Below are positions 1-11,719 of a stretch of 64,000 nucleotides of DNA, piece after piece. The stretch's first letter is position 1; each line of letters begins with the position of its first letter. Origin of the DNA: Eledone cirrhosa (taxonomy: Eukaryota); NCBI GenBank assembly GCA_964016885.1, contig OZ024756.1, positions 17,236,001 to 17,300,000 of the forward strand, written 5' to 3'. Made by a program: the position numbers and the translations under genes. The notes under the pieces are model-generated. The model was not told the DNA's origin and searched no databases. It worked only from the letters and a program-made list of their open reading frames with translations.

Positions 1-770
1 CATAGGCACAATGTCGCAAATTTGGAGAGTAACATAGGCATAATGTCACACATTTGGGGAGTAACAGACACAATGTCACCAATTTAGAGAGTAACATAAG
101 CATAATGTCACACATTTGGGGAGTAACAGACTGTGTGTGTCACAAATTTGGAGAGTAACATAGGCATAATGTCACACATTTGGGGAGTAACAGACACAAT
201 GTCACCAATTTGGAGAGTAACATAGGCATAATGTCACACATTTGGGGAGTAACAGACACAATGTCACCAAATTGGAGAGTAACATAGGCATAATGTCACA
301 CATTTGGGGAGTAACAGACTGTGTGTGTCACCAATTTGGAGAGTAACATAGGCATAATGTCACACATTTGGGGAGTAACAGACACAATGTCACCAATTTG
401 GAGAGTAACATAGGCATAATGTCACACATTTGGGGAGTAACAGACACAATGTCACCAATTTGGAGAGTAACATAGGCATAATGTCACACATTTGGGGAGT
501 AACAGACACAATGTCACCAATTTGGAGAGTAACATAGGCATAATGTCACACATTTGGGGAGTAACAGACACAATGTCACCAATTTGGAGAGTAACATAGG
601 CATAATGTCACACATTTGGAGAGTAACAGACACAATGTCACAAATTTGGAGAGTAACATAGGCATAATGTCACACATTTGGGGAGTAACAGACACAATGT
701 CACAAATATGGAGAGTGATAAACACAATGTCACAAATTTGGGGGAGTAACATAGACACAATGTGTGACAT
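1..770. repeat. Minisatellite, 62-bp unit (dimer of related 32- and 30-bp subunits), about 12 copies
   Basis: CATAGGCATAATGTCACACATTTGGGGAGTAA-CAGACACAATGTCACCAATTTGGAGAGTAA recurs with a 62-bp period (221/283, 471/533). Confidence 0.95.
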
Positions 771-971
771 ACTGACACAGTGGACTAAATGAAGCTGAAT
801 TGAACTGAGGACATAAAGATATGTAACCAGTAAATGCTGCAAGACATATTCCCTGGCATATACCAATTCTGTTACTTCACTGAATTACCTCACTATTAAC
901 AACACTGGCATATAGCCACAAATTGCAGAAGAGTGCTGTAGTGAATTGATTTTATCCCTAGTATATGACTG

Positions 972-1126
972 CTAGCTGGTTAAATTGCCGGAGTAGTTAG
1001 AACGTCGGATAAAATGCTTTGTGGGATCTGTTCTGGCTCTCTGCTCTCTGAGTTCAAATCCCGCTAAGGTCAACTTTGCCTTTCATCCTTTTGCGGTCGA
1101 TAAAAAAAAAGTACCAACCTAGTACG
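972..1126 (+). mobile_element. tRNA-derived SINE, family A (octopus-type)
   Basis: Box-B-like GAGTTCAAATCC followed by GGTCAACTTTGCCTTTCATCCTTTT..GGTCGATAAAA..GTACC. The same body recurs at least 5 more times in the window. Confidence 0.8.
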
Positions 1127-1184
1127 AGGGTAAAATTCTTCCTCTATATCTCTTTCTCACTTTCTTTCTCTCATCTTAATCAAA

Positions 1185-1655
1185 TACACACACACACGCA
1201 AACAACACCATACTACACTACACATAAACAACACCACACATCTTAATCAAACACACAAACACACACGCAAACAACACCACACTACACTACACATAAACAA
1301 CACCACACATCTTAATCAAACACACAAACACACACGCAAACAACACCATACTACACTACACATAAACAACACCACACCCCACATCTTAATCAAACACACA
1401 CACAAACAACACCATACTACACTACACATAAACAATACCACACCACACATCTTAATCAAACACACACAAACACCACACCTCACATAAACAACACCACACC
1501 ACACACAAACACCACACCTCACACAAACAACATCACACCACACACAAACACCACACCAACAACACCACACCACACATAAACACCACACCTCACACAAACA
1601 ACACCACACCACACACAAACACCACACCTCACACAAACAACATCACACCACACCA
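1185..1655. repeat. CA-rich compound micro/minisatellite
   Basis: Repeated CACAC/AAACAACACCAC units with recurring CATCTTAATCAAA. Confidence 0.9.
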
Positions 1656-1792
1656 ATATGAATCAACATCTTGCTATGGATGTCAATATTTCAGACATGG
1701 TAATTAAGCACAACAGTTACATATTGAAATAACATTCAATGAATAATCAACAGATGTTTTACAACAATTATAAATCCAAATCTATTAAAAAT

Positions 1793-2168
1793 TGTTTCTA
1801 CTTTAGGCACAAGGCCAGCAAATTACCCAGTGCATTACTGGTACTTTATTTTATCGACCCCGTAAGGATGAAAAGCAAAGTCAACCTCGGCGGGATTTGA
1901 ACTCAGATCGTAAAGGGACATAACTATGCTGGAAAGCATGGCGTCCGACCCTCTACCGATACTGCCAATTACTAATGATTTCTACTAAAGGTCCAAGGCC
2001 AGCAATTTTTTTTTTGGGGGGTGGGTCAATTAAATCGACACTGGTGCATTACTGGCACTTTATTTTATCGACTGTAAGGATGAAAAGCAAATTTAACCTC
2101 GGTGGGATTTGAACTCAGAATGTAAAGAGCCGTAAAGTATAGAGTCCAAAGCTCTACTGATACTGCCA
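1793..2168 (-). mobile_element. Two adjacent SINE family A copies (about 1793-1968 and 1977-2168)
   Basis: Each contains GGATGAAAAGCAAA..AACCTCGG.GGGATTTGAACTCAGA, the reverse complement of the 972-1126 body. Confidence 0.8.
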
Positions 2169-2543
2169 AGCCACAACGGCCAACAAAAAGGGGAGGACAA
2201 TACAATAGACAGGGACAGTGGAGGTTTACACTGAAATCCAGTAGAAGTAAATTAACAAATAGCAATAAACAAAAGAATTACAATAAAAATCCTCCAACAA
2301 TGGACCAGAAACATGAAATGTCCTGCATAACAAAATAGTGTGTCATTGTGAACCAGGTTGTTGTTGGAGGAGAGTGTGTTCAGAAGAAGAGGTTTGGAAA
2401 TGTTTACTATGAAAAGTGAATAAATCTAGAGCAAAGGTTCTCAAACTTTTGGCCCCCCCCCCCCCTCACGGTCACATAATATCCTCAGCACTCCCCAAAC
2501 CCTATTTCCAGAGAGACCTGCTTACAGGCAAATTGTAAATAAC

Positions 2544-2865
2544 ATGGCTTAGTGGTTAGAGCATTGGGCTTGCAATTAAAAGGTTGTGGGTTCAATTCTC
2601 GGACCGGGTGATGTGTTGTTTCCTTGAGCAAGACACTTTATTTTATGTTGCTCCAGTTTACTCAGCTGTAGAAATGAGATGATAGGGACTGGGGGCCCTA
2701 TCATTCCACAAAGTGGTCGTGGAGGTGCCACGGCAAAAAAGCACCCAGCTCACACTGTAAATGAGGTTGGTGTTAGGAAGGGCATCCAGCTGTAGAAATC
2801 AAGCTAGAATCAGTTCCCGTCCCACCCTTGCAAGCAGGGAAAAGCGGACGTAAAATAATGATGAT
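2544..2865 (+). mobile_element. tRNA-head CORE-like SINE with RTE-derived 3' tail
   Basis: Box A TGGCTTAGTGG, box B GGTTCAATTC and CORE-like CCTTGAGCAAGACACTTTA..CTCAGCTGTAGAAATG. The tail matches the RTE 3'UTR at about 31750-32010 and ends in (GAT)n. Confidence 0.8.
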
Positions 2866-2902
2866 ATAAATAAATATTATATATTTTTTTTATTTTACGA
2901 TA

Positions 2903-3077
2903 CAGGTAAAATTCTGTGATAACGAATATTAATATAACAAATTTTTCAGTATAACAACATTTTTTTCAATCCCCGTCACACGCTCAATGTGTTAAGTCAA
3001 TCTCGTTATAAAGAATTTTTCGTTACAACAAATTTTTTTTATACTCCGTGAATTTCTTTACAACGGAATTTTACTGT
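2903..3077. mobile_element. Tc1/pogo(Tigger)-like MITE
   Basis: Imperfect TIRs CAGGTAAAATTCTGTGATAAC / TTACAACGGAATTTTACTG, with TA on the left flank. Confidence 0.55.
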
Positions 3078-3310
3078 GTTTATATATAATATGTATCATT
3101 TGATATTTAATATACTATTATATCATCTCTACCCTCGAACCACCCCAGGGGTTGATAGCTCCTACTCTGAGAACCTCTGATCTAGAGAATGAATGAAAGG
3201 AAGAGGGACTGCTCCCAGTTGATTTAAAAGAGATGCTGGCTATCAAAGTTGATAGTTACAGGGACAAAGCAGCAATCAATGTGGCAGGATGGCAGGATCA
3301 TTAGTGTATT

Positions 3311-3450
3311 AAATCGACCCCAGTGTGTTACTGGTACTTTATTTTATCAATACCAGAAGGATGAAAGACTAAGTTGACCTCAGAACAGAAAATCGTAACT
3401 AAATACTGCAAAGTATTTTATTCAACACTCTACAAATACTGCCAATCCAC
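3311..3450 (-). mobile_element. SINE family A copy
   Basis: ATCGACCCCAGTG..ACTGGTACTTTATTTTATC..GGATGAAAG is shared with the other copies. Confidence 0.7.
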
Positions 3451-3469
3451 CACCCTCATCGTGTTCCTA

Positions 3470-3846
3470 CGTCATCTCCTCTACCAGACTTAGTGATTTG
3501 AGGTCCGCTCTCACAACCTCTGCCCAGGTATTTCTTGGTCATCCTCTAATGCGGCCTCCTTCCACTGGGATTTCCTAGCATCTCTTCACCCATCAGTCAT
3601 TGTCCATGCACATCACATGTCTGTACCAGCACAGTCTTCTCTCATGCACACTATCTTGGATTCACCTTAAACCCAGCTTCTCCTTCAGCTCATCCAAGCT
3701 CTGCCTTTCTCTCACATTTACATTGCACATCCAATGAAACATGGTTGCTTCATTTCTCTCCAGTCTGCACACGTCCTCTGCAGTTACAGCCCATGTTTCA
3801 CTACCATGCAGCATTGCACACCACACTTAGGCGTCATACAGCTTTT
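3470..3846 (-). pseudogene. Degraded RTE LINE ORF 3' fragment
   Basis: The minus strand matches the C-terminal part of the 29642-31714 ORF (AMLHGSETW, WYxHVMRM, PRxTW regions) with stops. Confidence 0.75.
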
Positions 3847-3924
3847 TTTTTGTTCATATATACACACACACACACACACACACAGGTATATACATACATA
3901 CACATATATATATATAAATACACA

Positions 3925-4158
3925 CAGTCCACGCTGTAATGTGGTCACGTAGGAAACACGGTAAAAGGCTCCCTGTCCAGACTGTAAATGTGGTTGGTGT
4001 TAGGAAGGGCATCCAGGCGTAAAAAACCTGCCAGATAGTCCTATACAAGCGAGACACGGTCACCCGATCAATCTTGCCTCAAGTGGGACAACTCCTGTCT
4101 AACCCATGCTAGCGTGGAAGATAGACGTTAAACAATGATGATGATGATGATGATGATG
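3925..4158 (+). mobile_element. RTE 3'UTR fragment (5'-truncated)
   Basis: GGTTGGTGTTAGGAAGGGCATCCAG...AACCCATGCTAGCGTGGAA...GACGTTAAAC followed by a (GAT)n tail. Confidence 0.8.
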
Positions 4159-4177
4159 ACACATATATGATGATGAT

Positions 4178-4320
4178 AATTTCTAATCTAGGCACAAGGC
4201 CAGCAATTTGTGAGGAGGGGAAGGTGGATTATATCAACCCAGTATTTAACTTGTACTTTATTTTATCAACCCTGGAAGGACGAAAGCCAAAGTTGACCCC
4301 TGTGGAATGTGAACTCAGAA
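4178..4320 (-). mobile_element. SINE family A partial copy
   Basis: TAGGCACAAGGCCAGCAA...GTACTTTATTTTATC...GAACTCAGAA. Confidence 0.7.
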
Positions 4321-4504
4321 CATCTCTATATAAATTTCTGCAATTCTGTCACAACACAAAGAGAGAGGAATAGTTTGACTACCTCATACTACTCCTCTCT
4401 CTTTACATCTGCTGTCTGTGTGAATGTATGTGTGTGTAAAAGCAAGGAAGGGAGTGGTGAAAAAAACTACAGCAAAATAGCAGCTGGCGTTCGTTCTATT
4501 TATG

Positions 4505-4865
4505 CTGTGTATGTGTTTGAGTGAATGTATACGTGTTTATGTGAATGTATGTGTGTGTGTTTGTGAATATGTGTGTTTGTGTGTTTGTGTGTATGTATAT
4601 GTGTTTGTGTGAATGTGTGTGTGTTTGTGTGAATGTGTGTGCGTGTTTGTGTGAATGTGTGTGCGTGTTTGTGTGAATGTGTGTGCGTGTTTGTGTGAAT
4701 GTATGTGCGTGTTTGTGTGAATGTATGTGCGCGTTTGTGTGAATGTGTGTGTCTGCGTTTGTGTGAATGTGTGTGTCTGCGTTTGTGTGAATGTGTGTGT
4801 CTGTGTGTCTGCGCGCGCTTGTGTGAATCTGTGTGTTTGTGTGAATGTGTGTCTGAGTGTGTAAT
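4505..4865. repeat. (GT)-rich minisatellite, about 24-bp GTTTGTGTGAATGTGTGTGCGT units
   Basis: Direct tandem repetition. Confidence 0.9.
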
Positions 4866-5124
4866 TTTGTAAGTATGACTGTTTGCACGTTTATATTTAT
4901 ATACTCATACATATAAATGTATGCATATGCACATACACACATGCACACATATACACGTATGCATCAGCATGTTGAAAAACATCCCAGTAACCCTAAAATA
5001 CAAGTTGCTCCATTAATTCCACCACATCAAAGGAAGTTAGGAAGAAATAGAAGACAAAGAAAATAAAAAGAGACAAAAAAAGAGGAAGACAAAATATAGA
5101 ATAATTTCAGAGGAGTGGACATTG

Positions 5125-5562
5125 GAAGTGGTGATATCCATGTCTGGATGGGGTGATATCCTTATGTCTGGATGGGGTGATATCCATACATCTGGATGTG
5201 GTGATATCCATTTGTCTGGATGTGGTGTTACCCATAGGTCTGGATGTGGTGATATCCATACGTCTGGATGTGGTGATATCCATACGTCTGGATGTGGTGA
5301 TATCCATACGTCTGGATGTGGTGTTATCCATATGTCTGGATGTGGTGTTACCCATAGGTCTGGATGTGGTGATATCCATACGTCTGGATGTGGTGATATC
5401 CATACGTCTGGATGTGGTGATATCCATACGTCTGGATGTGGTGTTATCCATATGTCTGGATGTGGTGTTACCCATAGGTCTGGATGTGGTGATATCCATA
5501 CGTCTGGATGTGGTGATATCCATACGTCTGGATGTGGTGATATCCATACGTCTGGATGTGGT
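5125..5562. repeat. 24-bp minisatellite with 120-bp higher-order repeat
   Basis: Unit TCTGGATGTGGTGATATCCATACG. The variant GTTACCCATAGG recurs at 120-bp spacing (5221, 5341, 5461). Confidence 0.95.
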
Positions 5563-5777
5563 CCACGCTGTAAAGTGGTCATGTAGGAGTCACAGTTAAA
5601 AGCACCCAGCATACACTGTAAATGTGGTTGGCATTAGGAAGGGCATCCAGCTGTAGAAACCTAGCCAGAAAAACTCCTATACAAGTAAGACACGGGCACC
5701 TGACCCACCTTACCTCAAATGGCATGACCTGTTTAACCCATGCTAGTATGGAAAATGGACGTTAAACAATGATGATG
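5562..5777 (+). mobile_element. RTE 3'UTR fragment
   Basis: AGGAAGGGCATCCAGCTGTAGAAA motif and (GAT)n tail. Confidence 0.8.
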
Positions 5778-6737
5778 AAAGTGGTGATATCCATACGTCT
5801 CAATACTATGTATGCTAGTAGTATTGCCACTCTAAATGAATTGAAATATCTATAAAAGTACCGATATCAATTCCTGGAATTGTTCACTAGTAGTGAAAAT
5901 GTATACTATATTGTATTTCTATGACATCATTATTGATAAACAATTTATACATTAGTATATAAACAAGATTTATATTTTTTTTTAATTATTTTTTTAAATG
6001 GGGAAAATGTGGGAGATGATATGCATACTCAATCAGGGACCCATAACAAGGAGTGTTGAAGGTTTCCATTAATAAACATTTAAGAAGGTCCGAAGCTGAA
6101 AGAAAACACCTTAATGGCCCACCTGTCACCGACTCCAGTTTTAAATGAATGAATATATATGTATGAGAACAACAAATGAGGTTGGTGAGATATTGGTGCC
6201 TAACTGCTGACTAAATCAATGTTGTATACAAAATGAAGCTAGTGGAAATGGAGAACGCAACGTCGATTTGGTTCCTATGTAAAAATATAACCCAGCCCAC
6301 CCCCACTTCTGTCTAAAACGAAAGTATCAAGATATGGATAACGAATTCATGGTGAAACATAAACAAACAATATATATGTAACATTTGTCTGTGTCTATGT
6401 GTGCATAAGGTTTTATTTGAACACACACACACATATATATATATTTACATTTGTGCATAAGGGTGTATTTGAATATATATTTATATATGTTCATGCATGC
6501 ATAAGGTTGTGTTTGAACACATATATATGTTCAAACAATCTCATGCACAAATGTATTTATATATATATGTGTTCAAACACCCTTATGCACAAATGTATAT
6601 ATATATATATATGCATGCATAAGGTTGTGTTTGAACATATATATATATATATACATTTGTGCATAAGGTTGTTTGAACATATATATATACATAAGGTTGT
6701 GTTTGAACATACACATATATATATATCTCTCAGAACG

Positions 6738-7011
6738 GGAGATGTGTTGTTTCCTTGAGCAAGACACTTTATTTCACATTGCTCCAGTTTACTCAGCTGT
6801 AGAAATGAGATGATAGGGACTGGGGTCCATAACATTCCACTGCAAAGTGGTCATGGAGGTGCCACGGCAAAACAGCACCCAGCACTCACTGTAAATGAGG
6901 TTGGTGTTAGGAAGGGCATCCAGCTGTAGAAATCAAGCCAGAATCAGTTCCTGTCCCACCCTTGCAAGCAGGGAAAAGCGGACATATGATGATGATGATG
7001 ATGATGATGAT
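6738..7011 (+). mobile_element. 5'-truncated CORE-like SINE with RTE tail
   Basis: Near-identical to 2610-2865, with a (GAT)n tail. Confidence 0.85.
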
Positions 7012-7112
7012 ATATGTAGTGTAATGTGCAGTTATGGTAGGTTCACCTGAGTGACCACTCGATGCATAGTTTCCAGTCTTAGAGAGGTGTAGAGCTAAGC
7101 TAAGTGTAAATA

Positions 7113-7362
7113 TAATAATAAAAGGAAGATTTGTTACGTCTTCATTACGTTTAGTGAGTAGTGACGTGTGTTTTGCTATTGATCAGCTCAAGGTTCGATC
7201 TGTATCGATCTAGCCTGATTCTGTCATAACTACAGAAGAGGCCCAACGAGCTTTTTATTCCAGAGTCAGGCTAGATCGATACAGATCAAACCCTGAGCTG
7301 ATCAATAGCAAAACACGCGTCACTACTCAATAAACGTAATGAAGACATTACAAATCGTCCTT

Positions 7363-7371
<9 letters not shown>
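7113..7371. repeat. Long inverted repeat (about 110-bp arms, 37-bp spacer)
   Basis: 7113-7223 is the reverse complement of 7261-7371 with a few mismatches, and the repeat abuts (TA)n. Confidence 0.9.
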
Positions 7372-7422
<51 letters not shown>

Positions 7423-7469
7423 CTAAAAGGATTATGAGTTCATGCAATTGACTTATGTTTCGTCACTAT

Positions 7470-7570
7470 TGCCGAGGTTAACTTAGCCTTTCATCCTTAC
7501 GGGGTCGATAAAATAAAGTACCAGTAATGTACTGGGTATTTGTGGCCTTGTGCCTTAAGTAGAAACAATT
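7470..7570 (+). mobile_element. SINE family A 3' part
   Basis: GCCGAGGTTAACTTAGCCTTTCATCCTTACGGGGTCGATAAAATAAAGTACCAGT. Confidence 0.75.
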
Positions 7571-8061
7571 ATATATATATATATTTTTTCGTTCTCTCTC
7601 ATTTTTTTCGTCTCCTCTTTCTCTCCATGTTTCTCTCTCTGTTTATTCTGCTCTCTTTCTCTCTTTCCTTCTCTATCTTTCTATTTCTCCGTAACCCAAT
7701 GGCTTATTTTTAAAATATCCAATACTAATAATTAACGCTATAACTCCACTATCCGGGAGCTTCCAACGGTAATGGTTGCATTCTTTAAGAGTATGTCAAT
7801 ATTTATTTATAAAACTGATCTATATTATATTTTATCTGATGAAAGCACACCATAATTTAACTTGCTGTCCTTGAAATATGTATAATGAAATAAATATGGT
7901 TTTATAAATATAGTTTCCATTTGTTAATATCGTATTTTTACTCCAAATATTTGTTGAGTGCTTTATATCAGTTATAAAAATATTTGCTTGTTGTATCCCA
8001 ACAATTTAAATAGAACTTTTACATATATATATATATTTATTTGTGCATAAGGCTGTGTTTG

Positions 8062-8126
<65 letters not shown>

Positions 8127-8333
8127 TCAAACACAACCTTATGCACACTTTCACAAATATATACACATATATATATATATATTGTCTTTTTTCTGGATAT
8201 GTCAATATTTATTTTTTAAACAAATCTGTATTTTATCTGATGAAAGCGCACCATAATTTGCCTTGGTTGCCTTTGAAATATATATATTAAAATAATTATA
8301 GTTTTATAAATATAGTTTCCATTTTGTTAATAT

Positions 8334-8392
<59 letters not shown>

Positions 8393-8829
8393 ATGTGTAT
8401 TTATTTGTGCAAGTGTGCATAAGATTGTGTTTGAACATATACATATATTTGTGCAAGTGTGCATAAGGTAGTGTTTGAATATATACATTTCGAGATGACC
8501 TGGAATTTAACAAATTAGTTAATATAGAAAGCCACGCACACACGCACAAGTTGCTTTTGTTTAGCAGCAAGTCAGCTCTAAGATGTATTTTCTTTTTACA
8601 GACATACTAATAATTCAGTCGTCCAGTGAGTGCTGTCAATAACGATAGCAATAGCATTGAATACATTCAATTTTGTCAGTTCTGGATATATGAACAATCA
8701 TACAAACTGGAAAATTTTCGTTTTGATAAATTTACAGTTTGCCTAAGAGAAACCCTATAGTTTATGTTGAGTACTGACATCTCGATGGATATATAATAGT
8801 AATTAATATACATGAACTGCAAAGCATAA

Positions 8830-8955
8830 ATGAACTGAGAGAGAAACTGGGCATAAGGGGGATCAGATGCAGTGTGCAGGAGAGGAGATTGCATTGGTAT
8901 GGACATGTGATGCGTAAGGAAGACAGCTGTATAAAAAAGGTCCAGAGTGCTCAAG
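8830..8955 (+). pseudogene. RTE ORF fragment
   Basis: Translates as [31 protein letters not shown], homologous to the 29642-31714 ORF. Confidence 0.8.
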
Positions 8956-9116
8956 GATAAACACGATATTTTAATAATGTATTTCTAGGATATATTTATG
9001 TTGAGCATGTGTGTAAGGATGATAATACAGAATTAAACTTTGGAGAAATAAACATTTACAGGAATATAGGAAATACAGTGTTTGTGTGTGTAAATCTTCA
9101 AGAATTATAAATGGAT

Positions 9117-9895
9117 ATCATCATCATCACCGTTTTACGTCCATTTTCCACACTAGCGTGAGTTAGATCAGTTATCCTGTTGTGGGTAATGCTAAGTCAG
9201 GTGACCATGTCTTGCTCGTACAGAACTGATTTTGGCTTGGTTTCTACAGCTGGATGCCCTTCCTAACACTAACCTCATTTACAGTGTGTACTGGGTGCTT
9301 ACTGTTGACACCTACACGACCACTTTACAGTGTGGGTTGGGTTCTTTTTGTCATGACACCTACACGACCATGTTACAGAGTGGCCTGGGTGCTTTTTGTT
9401 GTGACACCTACACGACCACTTTACAGTGTGGGTTGGGTTCTTTTTGTCACGACACCTACACGACCATGTTACAGAGTGGCCTGGGTGCTTTTTGTTGTGA
9501 CACCTACACGACCACTTTACAGTGTGGGTTGGGTTCTTTTTGTCATGACACCTACACGACCATGTTACAGAGTGGCCTGGGTGCTTTTTGTTGTGACACC
9601 TACACGACCACTTTACAGTGTGGGTTGGGTTCTTTTTGTCATGACACCTACACGACCATGTTACAGAGTGGCCTGGGTGCTTTTTGTTGTGACACCTACA
9701 CGACCACTTTACAGTGTGGGTTGGGTTCTTTTTGTCACGACACCTACACGAACACTTTACAGAGTGGACTGGGTGCTTTTTGTTGACACCTACACAACCA
9801 CTTTACAGTGTGGGTTGGCTGCTTTTTGTCGTGACACCTACACAAACACTTTACAGTGGGAGGATGGGTGGTATACTGTGTATGTGCTTCAGCTT
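9117..9895 (-). mobile_element. RTE 3'UTR with a tandemly amplified 48-bp unit (96-bp dimer)
   Basis: (CAT)n at 9117 and CTACAGCTGGATGCCCTTCCTAAC. GACACCTACACGACCA recurs every 48 bp from about 9308 to 9850. Confidence 0.9.
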
Positions 9896-11080
9896 CAGCC
9901 TATCTCCGGCAAAATTTTATTTTAATTGGTATAGCATTCCTGTGACAATTTTCTTTACACATTAAAAAACAGTATACATGAAATGTATACTTTATAAAAT
10001 AAATAGGATGGGTTAGGGTCTCAATATGTAAACTAAACAACTAATTCTAGTTTTTATAAAAATCAACGGAGAAAACTTAGAAAAATTATTCAGGATATTT
10101 AAATATATGTGGTTGGTGATTGTCACTACTTTTTTTAATGAAATAACTTTTGCTGTTTGCAGAGAGAAGGGGGGGGGGGGGGGGGGGGGGAATGCCACAA
10201 ATATTCTGTGCCACAGAAAGATACAGAGAGAAGAAGGAATATTGAGAGGTAGATAAGAGGAGAGTTAAAAAGAGGGGGAACATTATTTTACCTCAATTAT
10301 CTATTTACACCTCTTTTCATTGCCACTATATTAGTATGTTCATTTATTCTACATCCTTTACTCTTGGTTTAATCTTACACATCATCTTTCTGTCTCACAC
10401 ACACACACTTTAAATCTTCTCCTTCTTCTCTGCCTTGCACTAAACCTTCCTTTAACTCTCTCTCTTTCGTGTATGTATCACTTTCACATGGCATATTATT
10501 ATAGTTCATGTATACCGTATATGCCGGCATACGAATTAATCCAGTGTATGGGTTGACCCGTAAAATTCTGAAGTGTAATTCAGGTTTAGGCCTATATTTG
10601 CCAGATAAGACGACCTTCAAAAAATAAGGCATTTGCAGGAGAAATAATTCAAAACATTTAGTGGTGCGCTAAAGACTAAGACACTTCTAAAACACTTCAT
10701 TTGCTAGTGAGTTCTATCCCACTGAGTAAACTAGCCTGGCCTAACCTTAACAAACCTATGGTAACCTACCCTATAGTAACCTACCCTATAGTAACCTAAC
10801 CTATGGTAACCTACCCTATCAGCTACAGCAGATCATTGATATTATTATAATCTCTACGTTAAATAGACTTAACAAATATGAGATTCAGAAGGAAATAATT
10901 GTGGTGGGCTGTTAAGAGTTATGGTAAGTGGTGTACAACAAATGTTAGGCAGGCAGTTTCACTGTTTACCCCTTAGTGGTAAAGGTTCACATTTTATATT
11001 CGGCGGACAAGTTTCCCCCTGGTTTTGGAGAGATATTGTCAAATTGTATGCCAGCATATATATGCGTGTGTGTGTATGTA

Positions 11081-11690
11081 CGAGGGTAAGTCAAGAAGTT
11101 TCCAGACCAGCTCTTTATTTAAAAAAAAGGACTTTATTCACATAAGTTTAAACACCATCTCCTTCGAAATAGTCCCCATGTACAGAAATGCACCGGTCCC
11201 AGCATTTCTGCCACTCTTGGAATGCGGCCTTGAAGTCATCTTTTGTAAGCTTGTCGAAAACCATCTGCAATTTGTGTTGGATCTTGGCAATGGTGTTAAA
11301 ACAGCAACCGTTGAGCTTGTTTTTTATGTTCATGGAAAAAGAAGTGTGCTGGAGCTAAATTTGGTGAGTAGGGTGGGTGCGGAAGCGATGGCATGTTGTG
11401 CTTGGTGAGAAACTCACAGATGATGAGTGCTCAGTGATAGAGTGCATTGTCGTCATGGAAAGAGAATCCAGTTCTTTGCACACCACAGATCCAGTCGATT
11501 TCACTGAATGTTCTCCCTCAAATGCCTCAGAACTTCGCAGTAAAACTCTGGGGGACAAATGCTGTGGATGTCGAAAAAGACAATGAGCATGCTCTTGATT
11601 GAACTACGGCTCTGTCTTGCCCTCTTCAGTCATGGGGATGATGGACTTTTCTATTACATTGACTGCTGCTGTCTCTGAACCAAAATGTAT
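11081..11690 (-). mobile_element. Degenerate partial mariner element
   Basis: TA+CGAGGG terminus. Minus-strand remnants KRARQSRSSIKSMLIVFFD, HDDNA, LPHPPYSPNLAP and FQEWQKCWDRCISVHGDYFEG, with stops and frameshifts. Confidence 0.8.
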
Positions 11691-11719
11691 AAAAGCAGAC
11701 ATGAAAACGATGATATATA

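Larger units (their letters stand above)
2432..3179. mobile_element. Non-autonomous hAT (Charlie-like) element with nested insertions
   Basis: TIRs CAAAGGTTCTCAAA / CTGAGAACCTCTG. Perfect 8-bp TSD ATCTAGAG at 2424-2431 and 3180-3187 matches the NTCTAGAN target of Charlie-type hATs. Confidence 0.85.

Noticed and set aside
1-770. Regular repeats superficially like a CRISPR array (also 5125-5562 and 9300-9860)
   Set aside because: There are no unique spacers and no cas genes, and the context is eukaryotic.
5037-5612. Repetitive ORFs (PHPDVWIS)n, and those at 9232-9925
   Set aside because: They are translations of 24-bp and 48-bp minisatellites and are open in several frames and strands.
7836-7850. 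CTGATGA matches at about 7837, 8238 and 21401
   Set aside because: No stem II-GAAA-stem III-UH arrangement follows, so these are not hammerheads.
10513-10640. TACCGTATATGCCGGC.. resembling a pogo/Tigger terminus
   Set aside because: No matching second TIR could be located.
10740-10820. TAACCT-containing 16-bp repeats resembling telomeric sequence
   Set aside because: A short 16-bp minisatellite, not a (TTAGGG)n tract.
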